From sequence record SRR31156797_5435: a stretch of 64,000 nt of DNA; one strand, given 5' to 3'. A program made the position numbers and the translations under genes. The notes below the pieces were generated by a model. It ran no database searches. It saw only the letters and a program-made list of their open reading frames with translations, and was not told where the DNA came from. Positions within the stretch are counted from its first letter, which is position 1, and each line of letters begins with the position of its first letter. Shown here one piece after another: positions 22,769 to 33,815 of the stretch.

Positions 22769-24064
22769 TTCGGCTAAACCGACACGTTCAAAAATCGTGT
22801 CAACTTGTTTTAAATGATGGTTGTAATCAAACGCATCGTCCAAGTCGGCTTTGGTCAAAACATCCGTGATTGCTGGATCAGCTTCTAACAATGGACGGAA
22901 ATCCATTTGTTCATCCCAAGCTTGCGCTGTTTTTGGCTGAACCAAGTCATAGGCTTGCTCTCTTGTCATTCCGTGATCGATCAATTTCAACATCACTCGT
23001 TGGCTGTAGATCAATCCAAAGGTCGCATTCATATTGCGCTTCATATTCTCTGGGAAAACGGTCAGATTTTTGACGATATTGCCAAAGCGATTCAGCATGT
23101 AATCGATCAAAATCGTCGTATCCGGAATAATGATCCGTTCTGCCGATGAATGTGAGATATCCCGTTCATGCCAAAGGGAGACATTTTCATAAGCCGTCAC
23201 CATATGACCGCGAACGACTCGTGCAAGTCCGGCCATATTTTCAGAACCGATTGGGTTACGCTTATGGGGCATAGCAGAAGAACCTTTTTGTCCTTTGGCG
23301 AAGAATTCTTCGACTTCCCGCGTTTCTGATTTTTGTAGTCCACGGATCTCGGTGGCAAATTTCTCAATGCTGGTTGCGATCAATGCCATTGCTGAGAAAT
23401 ATTCTGCATGTAGGTCACGAGGCAATACTTGCGTGGAAATATCTTGCGCACGAATCCCTAGTTTTTCACAGACATACTCTTCGACAAACGGAGGGATATT
23501 TGCAAAGGTTCCAACGGCACCACTGATCTTGCCCGCTTCGACCCCTTTTGCAGCCCGCTCAAAACGTTCGACATTGCGTTTCATTTCTGAATACCACAAG
23601 GCTAATTTCAAGCCGAAGGTCGTTGGTTCCGCATGAACACCATGGGTACGTCCCATCATCACGGTATGCTTGTATTCTTTGGCTTTTTCACCAATGATCG
23701 TCACGAAACGGTTCAAATCTTCCCGAATCAAATCGTTGGCTTGTTTCATCAAGTAGCCATACGCCGTATCAACAACATCCGTCGACGTCAAGCCGTAGTG
23801 GACCCACTTACTTTCATCACCCAAAGATTCAGAGACTGCTCGGGTAAAAGCAACCACATCATGTCGCGTTTGCGCTTCGATCTCTAAGATACGGTCGATA
23901 TCAAAGGATGCTTTTTCACGAATCAATGCAACATCCTCTTTCGGTATCTCACCTAATTCCGCCCAAGCTTCATCAGCTAAAATCTCGACTTCTAGCCACG
24001 CTTGGTAGCGATTTTGATCGGTCCAAATAGCACCCATTTCTGGTCTTGTATAACGCTCTAACAT
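22766..24064 (-). CDS. purB: Adenylosuccinate lyase
   Basis: MLERY start, [16 protein letters not shown] signature. Confidence 0.97.
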   Translation of the reverse strand: MLERYTRPEMGAIWTDQNRYQAWLEVEILADEAWAELGEIPKEDVALIREKASFDIDRILEIEAQTRHDVVAFTRAVSESLGDESKWVHYGLTSTDVVDTAYGYLMKQANDLIREDLNRFVTIIGEKAKEYKHTVMMGRTHGVHAEPTTFGLKLALWYSEMKRNVERFERAAKGVEAGKISGAVGTFANIPPFVEEYVCEKLGIRAQDISTQVLPRDLHAEYFSAMALIATSIEKFATEIRGLQKSETREVEEFFAKGQKGSSAMPHKRNPIGSENMAGLARVVRGHMVTAYENVSLWHERDISHSSAERIIIPDTTILIDYMLNRFGNIVKNLTVFPENMKRNMNATFGLIYSQRVMLKLIDHGMTREQAYDLVQPKTAQAWDEQMDFRPLLEADPAITDVLTKADLDDAFDYNHHLKQVDTIFERVGLAE

Positions 24065-24077
24065 GTTTTTATCTCCT

Positions 24078-25205
24078 TTAATCCCAAATATTGGTTTGAT
24101 AGATTTCTTCAGTGGTTTCTGCAATATCTTCCGTCAAAATAGTGATATGTCCCATTTTGCGACCGGTTTTTGCTTCATCTTTGCCATAGTAATGAAATTG
24201 CCAAGCAGGTTTTGTGGCAATCAACTCATAGGTTTCTGTCAATTCATCGCCTAAGACATTGACCATGACTGCAGGTGAAAGCAAAGAAACTTCCGGCAAC
24301 GGCCAGCCACAGATGCCGCGGATATGAGCGTCAAACTGACTCATGGAGCAAGCTTCGATCGAATAGTGACCCGAATTATGCGGACGTGGCGCCAATTCAT
24401 TGACATACAAGCCGCCGCTTTTGGTCAGGAACATCTCGATGGCTAAAACGCCTTGCAGATCCAATGCCTTCGCAATAATATGAGCGATCCGTTTGGCTTC
24501 TTCCGCGACTTCTGGATCAATGTGCGCAGGAGCGATCGTTTGATGCAAAATATTGTTGCGATGGATGTTTTCTACCACTGGGAAAGTGGTAAAGGTTTCT
24601 CCATTGCCGGCAACTAAAATCGATAATTCTTTTTCAAAAGGAATCCATGCTTCTAATTCGCAAGTTCCTTCGCGAAGCAAATTCATGGAAGGCGCCAAAT
24701 CAGCCGTACTGTAAAGCACGTGCTGTCCTTTTCCGTCATAGCCGCCTCTGGTGGTTTTTAATACACAAGGGTAACCAATGCTATCGATGGCATCTTGGAT
24801 GTCTGTCGGGCTGATGATCGTGGCATAAGGTGCAATCACGATATTGTTTGCCTCTAAAAATGACTTCTCTAACAAACGATCTTGAGTGATTGCTAACAGA
24901 TCGGTGCCTTGAGGGATATGTGAGTAAGGCAAAATAGAGTTCAATGCTTCAACACTGACATTTTCAAATTCATAGGTGATTACATCGGCACGTCGTGCCA
25001 TTTCTTCTAAAGCAAACACATCATCATAGGCAGCAACAATATGCCAATCAGCGACTTGGGCTGTTGGACAATTGGCAGTAGGGTCTAAAACGCCAACCCG
25101 AAAGCCCATTTCTTTGGCACTCATTGCCATCATACGACCTAGCTGTCCTCCGCCAACGATTCCGATCGTTGCGTTGGGCATTAAAGGTTTAATCAAGTTG
25201 ATCAC
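24078..25205 (-). CDS. purK: N5-CAIR synthetase
   Basis: [27 protein letters not shown]. Confidence 0.96.
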   Translation of the reverse strand: MINLIKPLMPNATIGIVGGGQLGRMMAMSAKEMGFRVGVLDPTANCPTAQVADWHIVAAYDDVFALEEMARRADVITYEFENVSVEALNSILPYSHIPQGTDLLAITQDRLLEKSFLEANNIVIAPYATIISPTDIQDAIDSIGYPCVLKTTRGGYDGKGQHVLYSTADLAPSMNLLREGTCELEAWIPFEKELSILVAGNGETFTTFPVVENIHRNNILHQTIAPAHIDPEVAEEAKRIAHIIAKALDLQGVLAIEMFLTKSGGLYVNELAPRPHNSGHYSIEACSMSQFDAHIRGICGWPLPEVSLLSPAVMVNVLGDELTETYELIATKPAWQFHYYGKDEAKTGRKMGHITILTEDIAETTEEIYQTNIWD

Positions 25206-25677
25206 TACTTTCCAATACGATTTCTTTTAATGTATTTCTTCGTGCGTCTAATTTCTCCGCTATCTCTAAATCATACATGGAAAGCATCTGGGCTGCAAGT
25301 AGTCCTGCGTTAGTTGCGCCAGCTTTTCCGATCGCCGTTGTTGCTACTGGTACACCACCCGGCATTTGCACGATCGATAAAAGGGAATCCAAACCGTTTA
25401 ATGCGCGTGATTGGACGGGAACACCAATGACCGGCAATGTTGTTTTAGCTGCCACCATTCCCGGCAAATGGGCAGCGCCACCCGCTCCTGCAACAATGAC
25501 TTTAATCCCTTTTTCTCGGGCTGTTTCTGCAAATTCGAACATCAAATCTGGTGTACGATGTGCCGAAACGACTTTTTTCTGATAAGGTATCGCTAACTCA
25601 TCTAAAATCAAGCAGCACTCCTTCATTGTTTCCCAATCTGATTGACTTCCCATAATCACTGCAACTGCTGGTTTCAT
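25189..25677 (-). CDS. purE: N5-CAIR mutase
   Basis: MGSQSD, SAHRTP, AAHLPG, SIVQMP. Confidence 0.97.
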   Translation of the reverse strand: MKPAVAVIMGSQSDWETMKECCLILDELAIPYQKKVVSAHRTPDLMFEFAETAREKGIKVIVAGAGGAAHLPGMVAAKTTLPVIGVPVQSRALNGLDSLLSIVQMPGGVPVATTAIGKAGATNAGLLAAQMLSMYDLEIAEKLDARRNTLKEIVLESSDQLD

Positions 25678-25831
25678 TCAATTTTCCCTCCACTGATTTT
25701 TTACGATTCTCTTCTGAATAAACCTCAGAAGTATTTTTCTTACGAAAATCATTTTGTTAGCAACCTTTTGAAGCTACGTCTGAGATATCCCAAAGGCACA
25801 TGGCTCTGCTAACATTCACTTTCACCTCTAA

Positions 25832-25907
25832 ATAGTAACGAGTTGCCCGAGCAATGTCAAAATATTTTCGAACTATTAACAAATTTTACTTTTCATTGTT
25901 CGCTTTT
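25832..25907 (-). promoter_or_regulatory. purE promoter with PurR operator
   Basis: TTGACA-17-TACTAT (25832-25860); exact GAAC-N24-GTTC (25870-25901), as in Bacillus PurR sites. Confidence 0.78.
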
Positions 25908-26008
25908 ATCTCAAAGATATGTATTCAACACGTCAGATATCCGATAATAAGACAAATAAAGGAACAATACAAAAAATCCAGACGAATCCTCGTCTGGATC
26001 AAATAAAC

Positions 26009-27312
26009 TTACTGTTGCAAGCGCAATTCCGTCACTTCGTCTGTTTCTTTCGGCAGTCCATTAAAGAACAGATTCAAAACAATGGCAGTCAAACTACTCA
26101 TGACGATCCCATTGCCTGTAAACATTTGAACGGTTTCAGGCATTTGACTGAATAAAGTGGGCATCATATTGAACCCTAAACCAAAACCGATTGATACTGC
26201 AATCACTAACAAGTTCTTGTCATTCATAAAATCAACTTTGCTCAGCATTCTCATCCCTTGAACAGCCACCATGCCAAACATCACTAACATGCCGCCGCCA
26301 AGCACTGCCTCTGGAATGATCTGTGCGATGGCACCGACTTTTGGAAACAACCCTAATACGATCAAAAAGATTGCTGAAAAGAAAATCGGACGGCGCGTCT
26401 TAATGCCTGAAAGTTGAACCAAACCTACGTTTTGTGAAAATCCAGTATAAGGAAACGTATTGAAGATCCCACCAAGGATCACCGCCAAGCCCTCCGCACG
26501 ATAGCCGCGCTTTAAGTCATTGCCTGTAATCGGTTTTTCAGTAATGTCTCCCAGTGCAAAATAAACGCCTGTGGATTCTACCAAACTAACGATGGAAATA
26601 ATGATCATCAAGACGATCGACCACAGATCAAAGGTTGGTAAACCGAAATAAAAAGGCTGAGGCAAATGAAACACAGGTGCATGGGCGATGGCAGAAAGAT
26701 CAACCAAGCCTAATAATGCTGCTAGAATAGTCCCACCGATCAAACCGATCAGTACGGCAATCGAGCGAATAAAGCCTTTGCCAAACACTTGCACGCCAAT
26801 GATCAGCGCAATCGTCACAAAGCCTAACAATAAATTCGTTGGATCACCAAAGTTAGCAGCTGCGGCATCCCCTCCACCGATTTTGGTGATGGCGACTGGA
26901 ATCAAGGTCAAGCCGATGACGGTAATCACCGTTCCTGTCACCAATGGAGGGAACAAAACTTTGATTTTCGAAAAAATGCCGGCGATCAAGACAATGAAAA
27001 TCCCAGCAGCAATGATCGCTCCGTAAATCGCACTGATTCCTGATTTGGTGCCAATCAAAATCAATGGGGAGACAGCTTGGATGGCACAACCTAAAACGAC
27101 TGGTAGGCCGATCCCAAAAAAGCGGGTGACGACTAATTGCAAAAGCGTAGCGATTCCGCACATGAAAATATCGATCGAGATCAAATACGTCATCTGCGCT
27201 TCATTAAAGCCGAGGCCTGTTCCAATCAACAAAGGGACGGCAACAGCTCCTGCATACATCGCTAGCAAATGCTGCAAGCCTAAAACTGCTGAACGGCTAT
27301 TCGTCTCTTTCA

Positions 27313-27313
<1 letters not shown>
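26009..27313 (-). CDS. pbuX: Xanthine permease (NCS2 family)
   Basis: LGLQHLLAMY; NAT signature FSQNVGLV..SG; coupled to xpt. Confidence 0.93.
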
Positions 27314-27915
<602 letters not shown>

Positions 27916-27927
27916 CTATTCCATCCT

Positions 27928-27970
27928 GAAAAAAAAAGACACTCTTTTTGCCAAAGCAAAAAAAGTGTCT
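27928..27970 (-). terminator. Riboswitch-controlled terminator upstream of xpt
   Basis: agacactttttttgc...gcaaaaagagtgtct followed by a T tract on the minus strand. Confidence 0.8.
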
Positions 27971-27984
27971 AACAGGCACGATTT

Positions 27985-28053
27985 TTACTTATAGTCCGAT
28001 ATTTACGGTATCGGGTAGAGACTGTCGACCATATTTCGACGATATACAAGTAA
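27985..28053 (-). ncRNA. Purine (guanine-type) riboswitch
   Basis: ACTTGTATA-tcgtcga-AATATGG-tcgaca-GTCTCTAC-ccgata-CCGTAAA-tatcgg-ACTATAAGT; C at the specificity position. Confidence 0.95.
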
Positions 28054-28151
28054 TTTTTAAATGATAGATTCGATTATGCCTGTCTTTGATTAAAAACACA
28101 AGCATGGAATGCCCTTTATAAATAAAAATATTCTCATTTGTGGATCATTTG

Positions 28152-28829
28152 CTACTCTGGTTTCTCCATATCACGATAGTGCTCCATCTTTTTACTGAAA
28201 AGCTCCCCGTTGGAAGGCGGCGTGTAAGTGATCGCATTCGCACCTGCTTCAATCGTTTCTAAGATGCTCTCCTCAGTTGGACCACCCGTTGCAATGATCG
28301 GCAGCTTCGGATATTTTTTACGGAAGAAAGCCACGGTATCCGCTGTGTCCTTGCCGGCACTGATATTGATGACCTTCACACCAGCTTCAAGTTTGGCATC
28401 AATTTCAGTATACTTACTCGTTACGGTACTGATAACGGGAATATCCACGACTTTACAGACTTGCTCCACAGTTTTCAATGGCGTGGGTCCGTTTAAGACG
28501 ACCCCGATCGATCCCTGAGCTTCAGCAAACATGCTCATATAAGAAGAGCGGAATCCTTGGGTCAAGCCGCCGCCGACACCAGAAAACACTGGAATATCTG
28601 CTGCTTCGATAATTGCTTTCGTAATTGCTGGGTGCGGTGTAAAAGGATAGACCGCTATCACAGCGTCCGCATTTGTATTACGGATGATCGCAATATCCGT
28701 AGTAAAGATAATGGAGCGGATTTGTTTCCCAAATATTTGAATGCCGCTAGCCTCTCGAATAACTTTAGGCACTTTGACGATATCTTTGCGTAAATCAGTG
28801 GTGATTTTTGGCATATATTTTTCTTCCAT
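28152..28829 (-). CDS. Conserved TIM-barrel-like protein of unknown function
   Basis: Clean 225-aa ORF, last gene of the operon; GVGGG and ATGG phosphate-binding-like loops. Confidence 0.7.
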   Translation of the reverse strand: MEEKYMPKITTDLRKDIVKVPKVIREASGIQIFGKQIRSIIFTTDIAIIRNTNADAVIAVYPFTPHPAITKAIIEAADIPVFSGVGGGLTQGFRSSYMSMFAEAQGSIGVVLNGPTPLKTVEQVCKVVDIPVISTVTSKYTEIDAKLEAGVKVINISAGKDTADTVAFFRKKYPKLPIIATGGPTEESILETIEAGANAITYTPPSNGELFSKKMEHYRDMEKPE

Positions 28830-28849
28830 AAGCAGCCAACTCTCTTTTC

Positions 28850-29455
28850 TTATTGATCAAATCGATTCAATTGGTAGGTTTCAATGACTTGAATGATTTT
28901 GCTGGCATAATCTGGATCCGTTGCATACCCTGCATCTTGTAAGGCTTGTGCGGCACTGCGGTAGTCGTTTGCTGTCAAGACATCTACATAAAGCGCAGGA
29001 TTCCAATCAACACCATTTACAAACAACATCGTATGATCATCCATTGATTCTTCCCAAGTATCATAGACACGAAAATCTCCTTGAATCGTGACCCATTCTC
29101 CATTATAAAACTCTTGGGTATCTAATGTCACCTTTTTTGAATGACCAAATGACTTGATGCCAAATAAATTATTGTATTTGCTGGCTAGAGAACTCTGGCC
29201 CCAATCTGATTCAAGAATCGCCTGACCTATAATGATACTTGGTAAAATCCCATAGCCTTTTTGCAGTTCTTGCGCGTAAGGAGCAATGCGATCGATAAAT
29301 TCTTCATGAGAGATCGCTTCAGTATTTGTTTCTTCCTCTTTCGGAAGAGGATCTGCCAAACTATTCAAGGAAAAAATAAAGGCAATCCCAATTAAGAATA
29401 GCCCTAGAAAAACTAGCGGGAAGCGGGTCTTCTGTTTTTTTCGTCTTGCACTCAT
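28850..29455 (-). CDS. GH73 glucosaminidase/muramidase with N-terminal membrane anchor
   Basis: QAILESDWG, NNLFGIK, GYATDPDY. Confidence 0.9.
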   Translation of the reverse strand: MSARRKKQKTRFPLVFLGLFLIGIAFIFSLNSLADPLPKEEETNTEAISHEEFIDRIAPYAQELQKGYGILPSIIIGQAILESDWGQSSLASKYNNLFGIKSFGHSKKVTLDTQEFYNGEWVTIQGDFRVYDTWEESMDDHTMLFVNGVDWNPALYVDVLTANDYRSAAQALQDAGYATDPDYASKIIQVIETYQLNRFDQ

Positions 29456-30480
29456 TTTTTCACTTCCTTTGTCTGACTAAACGCATTCTTGGCGAATAAA
29501 TTGCCTCCGTTCATCAACAACTCATCTTGTGGACGATCACTACTTTTCTGGCTTTTAGCAAGAGAATCCTCATAGATCCAGTTTTCTTCCAAAGGATTTT
29601 CCAATTCATAGTATGACAGTTCTGCTTCTTTTTTAGCGATGTGTTCTTTTGCTTCTTCGAGAAACTCTTCAAAGGTCATCTCATGTTCCTCAATGTATGT
29701 CGCCACTTCGACTCCTACATATCTTAGATGCCATGGCTCATAATCGATTTGGGTTATATCATGTTTTCCTTTCGGATAACGGATGATAAACCCATACTCC
29801 CTTGCATGAGCTTGTAACCATTTTCCCCCATCAGTATCACCGAACCCCTCATTGAGCAGTTCACCTGTATGATTTTGATACCAGTCCTGATCGACAACAT
29901 CAACAGCAAGCCCAGTATGGTGTTCGCTATACCCGGGTTCAGTAAAGGTCAGTTTCGTGATACGAATTGCTTCTTCTTTTGTATGACCTTGACTCATTAG
30001 GGTGTTGACATTGGCATTGAATATCTCCTCTTGATACGCTACTGAACGGTAGGCAGAGACCATCGCCAAAGGATGTCCTGCAGCTTTTGCAGCGTCTGCC
30101 AGCTTTTCATATGCGGATACGATGCGTTGATCGACGAGATAACCATTCGACAACTTCCCCAAATCTTTTTGGGCAATTTCCTTTTCGATTTTATTGCTTG
30201 GTCCTACCAAAACCAATGACCAATCATCCAATGAAACGGTTGGGAAATTCTCTTCGTTCACTTCATCACTAACAGCTGCCTGCCCTTGGGCATCTTCTGC
30301 GTTTTCCCTAGAAGCTTGACTGCTGGATTCTGTTGTTGCGCTCGTCACCGTTTGATCGGTAGAACGAGCGATGTTTCCATTCTTAGTTGGGGTGACTGCG
30401 GTCACCCGGTTCACTTGAATGGTTAAAAGAACTAAGAACAAGAAGCCCGCCGCCGCAGCCATTCCATAATACTTTTTCAA
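29452..30480 (-). CDS. M15B (VanY/LdcB-like) peptidoglycan carboxypeptidase
   Basis: SAYRS, SEHHTGLAVD and EPWH zinc motifs; N-terminal TM segment. Confidence 0.88.
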   Translation of the reverse strand: MKKYYGMAAAAGFLFLVLLTIQVNRVTAVTPTKNGNIARSTDQTVTSATTESSSQASRENAEDAQGQAAVSDEVNEENFPTVSLDDWSLVLVGPSNKIEKEIAQKDLGKLSNGYLVDQRIVSAYEKLADAAKAAGHPLAMVSAYRSVAYQEEIFNANVNTLMSQGHTKEEAIRITKLTFTEPGYSEHHTGLAVDVVDQDWYQNHTGELLNEGFGDTDGGKWLQAHAREYGFIIRYPKGKHDITQIDYEPWHLRYVGVEVATYIEEHEMTFEEFLEEAKEHIAKKEAELSYYELENPLEENWIYEDSLAKSQKSSDRPQDELLMNGGNLFAKNAFSQTKEVKK

Positions 30481-30493
30481 AAAACCCCTACCT

Positions 30494-30997
30494 TTAATTA
30501 TAAGTTTCTTCCAAATTCTCTTTGACCCACTCTAACAGTTCGATTTTTTCATTGCGAATTTGCTGTTGAACAATAGCCGGCAAACGGAAGTTTAATATAT
30601 CATCATAACCCCATTCATCATACGTAATACTGACTCTCAAATCAAGGTATTGGGCTGTTTCTTCAGATTCTGTTAACAATTCGACTTTCGCTAAATCACT
30701 AGCTAACCACGTTCTGGCGATTTGCGTCTTCATTTTTTTGAACTCGACGACCGCTTGATTGCGTTTTTCTGGATAAATGACGGTCTGGCGAATGATTTTT
30801 TGGATCAGCATCCATTCATAATCCGAAAACAGCAGTTTCACTTTCTGATTTTCAGCAGGCGATAAACTCATTGTGCCGTTTTTCCAAGCTTCCCATTGCT
30901 CCTCAGTGATTCCTAAATGTGTCTCATAAAACTGTTTTTCTGATGTGTATTGCTCGATAATCGTATTTAGAATAATGGCTATTGATACATTATGCAT
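30494..30997 (-). CDS. Conserved hypothetical protein
   Basis: 167-aa ORF with GGAGG RBS, first gene of the cell-wall operon. Confidence 0.75.
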   Translation of the reverse strand: MHNVSIAIILNTIIEQYTSEKQFYETHLGITEEQWEAWKNGTMSLSPAENQKVKLLFSDYEWMLIQKIIRQTVIYPEKRNQAVVEFKKMKTQIARTWLASDLAKVELLTESEETAQYLDLRVSITYDEWGYDDILNFRLPAIVQQQIRNEKIELLEWVKENLEETYN

Positions 30998-31120
30998 ATG
31001 TTATCCCTCCTCTTCTATATTTTACTGAAAGTCAGCCGTAATGGAAACTTTTTGCGATTGTTTTTGATTATTTTAAAGAATTCATTTCTTTTGTTATACT
31101 AAATATGAAGGAGATGATCA

Positions 31121-32077
31121 ATGATGAAAAAATACCGTTGGGGAATGATTGGACTTGGAGACATCGCGACGCAATTTGCCGCTGGTTTTTCCAATGAAGC
31201 AAGTGAACTGTATGGAGTCAGCGCCCGCAGTTTGCCAAAAGTCCAGGCCTTTGCCGAAAAATACGCTATCCCCCATGCTTATGAAAGCACAGATGCTATG
31301 CTGGAAGATCCGCAAATTGATATTGTGTACATTGCAGTACCTAATGATCTTCATCACGAATTTATTATGAAAGCTCTAATGGCCGGAAAACATGTCCTCT
31401 GTGAAAAAGCCATTACGACCAGTGCCGATGAATTAGCTGAAGAATTGACCTTAGCCAAAGAAAAAAATCTGATCTTAGAAGAAGCTATGACGATCTTCAA
31501 TATGCCGGTTTATGCACGTTTGAAAGAAGAGATCGATGCTGGACGCTTAGGAAAATTAAAAATGATCCAAGCACCATTTGGCAGCTATAAAGATCCTGAT
31601 CCCACCAATCGTTTCTTCAACCCAGATTTAGGTGGCGGTGCGTTACTGGATATTGGCACATATGCCGTTTCATTTGCTCGCTTTTTCATGACGGATACGC
31701 CAGAAGTGGCGTTTAGCAGCATGAAGCCCTTCTCTACAGGTGTGGATGAACAATCAGTCACGATCCTCCAAAATCCAGCTGATGAAATGGCTAGTGTCAC
31801 GCTGACTTTCCAAGCGAAAATGCCTAAAACAGGTATCGTTGCTTTTGAAGAAGGGTACATTACGGTGGATGAGTATCCTCGTGCGGACAAAGCCATGATT
31901 CATTTCCGCGATGGGTCAAATGAGGTCATCGAAGCTGGTGACAGTAATCAAGCCCTTAATTATGAAATTGCCAATATGATCAAAGCCATCAATGGCGATA
32001 TCGAAGGATCAATCCACTTGACCACCGATGTCATTGACGTTCTTGATCAAATGCAAGCTTTTTGGGAACAACAGTAA
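31121..32077 (+). CDS. Gfo/Idh/MocA-family oxidoreductase
   Basis: GLGDIA, HVLCEKA, GGGALLDIGTY. Confidence 0.9.
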   Translation: MMKKYRWGMIGLGDIATQFAAGFSNEASELYGVSARSLPKVQAFAEKYAIPHAYESTDAMLEDPQIDIVYIAVPNDLHHEFIMKALMAGKHVLCEKAITTSADELAEELTLAKEKNLILEEAMTIFNMPVYARLKEEIDAGRLGKLKMIQAPFGSYKDPDPTNRFFNPDLGGGALLDIGTYAVSFARFFMTDTPEVAFSSMKPFSTGVDEQSVTILQNPADEMASVTLTFQAKMPKTGIVAFEEGYITVDEYPRADKAMIHFRDGSNEVIEAGDSNQALNYEIANMIKAINGDIEGSIHLTTDVIDVLDQMQAFWEQQ

Positions 32078-32083
32078 AAGTGA

Positions 32084-32112
32084 AAAGACTCCTTTGCAGG
32101 AGTCTTTTTTTT
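32084..32112. terminator. Bidirectional terminator
   Basis: aaaagactcc-tttgca-ggagtctttt between convergent genes. Confidence 0.85.
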
Positions 32113-33073
32113 AGCGCTCCATCGTCTGAATCTGTTCAGAAAAGTCGGCTTTGATTTCAATAAAACTTTTAAAGGTTTGCAGAAACTGAAACAGCTGGGC
32201 CCGATTTTCAAATTCTGCTCTTGTTTGCGGCAATGGTTTTTGTCGATAATCTTCGTATAAAGCTGCAATTTTTGCCAAGATCTCTTTTCCATCGTTATTT
32301 TCATGAAAGGACTGGGCGGTAAAGGATAGCAGCTCTTGAAACGCATTTGTATAGGCTTCTTCTACCCAAAACAATTGTAATAGATCAACCATTTCCAAGA
32401 GTAAGCGCGCTTGACTTTGCCGCATGGTGAAATACTCTTCATAATAAGAGGCTTCTCCTCGCCACTGGTTTTCACTATGAACCATCGCTTGCTGTTTGCC
32501 TTGCTTGATTTCTCCTAACAATGCTTGGCAAACATGAGGGAGCGTCGCCTTTTCTTTTTCTGTTAACGCGATCGACATGTCTTTTAAAAGACTTTTAAAC
32601 GTTTCTTCCACCAACTGCTGTTTTTCTTTCAATGCCCGTTCGCCGTCTGGCATATACAAGTTAAATAAAAGTGCAAAGCCGATGCCAATACTCATCAACA
32701 AAAAAGCATTTCCAATCAATGGCCAAGCAAAAGAACGTTCCATCATATAATGGGTCACCAAGACCGAATTGACCACGATCCCATCGGTTAATTTGAAATA
32801 GACTGCCGTCGGAATAAATAGGAAGAGAAAAAGAACAAAGCCCAGCGGACCAAAGCCTAAAAGATGAAAGCTGACAAAAGCTAGGAGCGTCGCGATCGCC
32901 AAGGAAACCAAGCGACCGATTCCTGTAAAGAGCGAGGTTTTCTTTGTATTCCCAACACTCAAAATTGCGATGATCCCTGCGGCTGGTGCATACAATAGAC
33001 CGATCTGCTGAGCAAGAAACATGGACAAACCGGAAGCAACTGCTGTCTTCACTGTTCTCAATCCAATTTTCAT
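32111..33073 (-). CDS. Aromatic acid exporter family (YqjA-like) membrane protein
   Basis: MKIGLRTVKTA start, AGIIAILS, C-terminal LPQTRAEFENRA.L. Confidence 0.85.
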   Translation of the reverse strand: MKIGLRTVKTAVASGLSMFLAQQIGLLYAPAAGIIAILSVGNTKKTSLFTGIGRLVSLAIATLLAFVSFHLLGFGPLGFVLFLFLFIPTAVYFKLTDGIVVNSVLVTHYMMERSFAWPLIGNAFLLMSIGIGFALLFNLYMPDGERALKEKQQLVEETFKSLLKDMSIALTEKEKATLPHVCQALLGEIKQGKQQAMVHSENQWRGEASYYEEYFTMRQSQARLLLEMVDLLQLFWVEEAYTNAFQELLSFTAQSFHENNDGKEILAKIAALYEDYRQKPLPQTRAEFENRAQLFQFLQTFKSFIEIKADFSEQIQTMER

Positions 33074-33171
33074 TTTTGTCACCTCCTTTGAAAAGTATAC
33101 TAAATTGTGAGGAATAAGACTAGAATTTCTCAACAGCATTGGGTATGATTAAGTAAAGGGGGCATTCTACC

Positions 33172-33771
33172 ATGAAAATGGGGCGTTTTCGCTTAGGTAT
33201 GCGAACGATAAAAACAGCCATCGCTGTCATGCTTTGTATTCTGCTCTTTCATTTCCTTGATCGCGGCCAGCCTTTGATTGCTGCCTTGTCTGCTGTCTTT
33301 TCATTGCGACAAGACCTGACAACAACAATCTCTTTTGGGAAATCACGGGTGTTAGGAAATACGATCGGCGGCGGTACAGCCATTTTTTATTTTTTGACGA
33401 AGCAATATTTTCAAAATGATTTTCTGATCGAATTGTTTGTCCTGCCCGCACTGGTCATCTTTGTCATCGTTTTTTCAGATGGCATCAATAACAATTCTGG
33501 CATCATCTCTGCCATTGCGACGATGCTGTTGATCACTTCCAGTGTCCCACAAGGGGAATCGATCATCTTTGCATTGGACCGTGTGCTTGATACCTTTATC
33601 GGTACCTTAGTTGCCCTGTCAATCAATTTTGTTATTCGACCACCTGAGGAAGAGAAAAAAGATGAGATTCAAGAAGATTTGGTCGTGCTAAGGCAAAAAG
33701 AGCTTGAACTAAAAGCCATGCTAGAAGAAGTCCAAGGGGAAATCTCTGAGCAAGAAAAACAAGAAAAATAA
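33172..33771 (+). CDS. FUSC/aromatic acid exporter-like membrane protein
   Basis: GMRTIKTAIA, AALSAVF, RVLDTFIG. Confidence 0.82.
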   Translation: MKMGRFRLGMRTIKTAIAVMLCILLFHFLDRGQPLIAALSAVFSLRQDLTTTISFGKSRVLGNTIGGGTAIFYFLTKQYFQNDFLIELFVLPALVIFVIVFSDGINNNSGIISAIATMLLITSSVPQGESIIFALDRVLDTFIGTLVALSINFVIRPPEEEKKDEIQEDLVVLRQKELELKAMLEEVQGEISEQEKQEK

Positions 33772-33814
33772 AAACAGCCTTTTTCCAGAATGCTTCTGAA
33801 AAAAGGCTGTTTTT
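33771..33814. terminator. Bidirectional terminator
   Basis: aaaacagccttttt...aaaaaggctgtttt. Confidence 0.8.
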
Positions 33815-33815
33815 G

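Noticed and set aside
28014-28024. Purine riboswitch J2/3 reads GTCTCTAC instead of GTTTCTAC
   Set aside because: The change is at the flipped-out variable position (48); ligand-contacting U47, U51 and C74 equivalents are retained
29452-30480. VanY-like gene as a vancomycin resistance determinant
   Set aside because: No ligase, racemase or VanRS nearby; context is a housekeeping cell-wall operon
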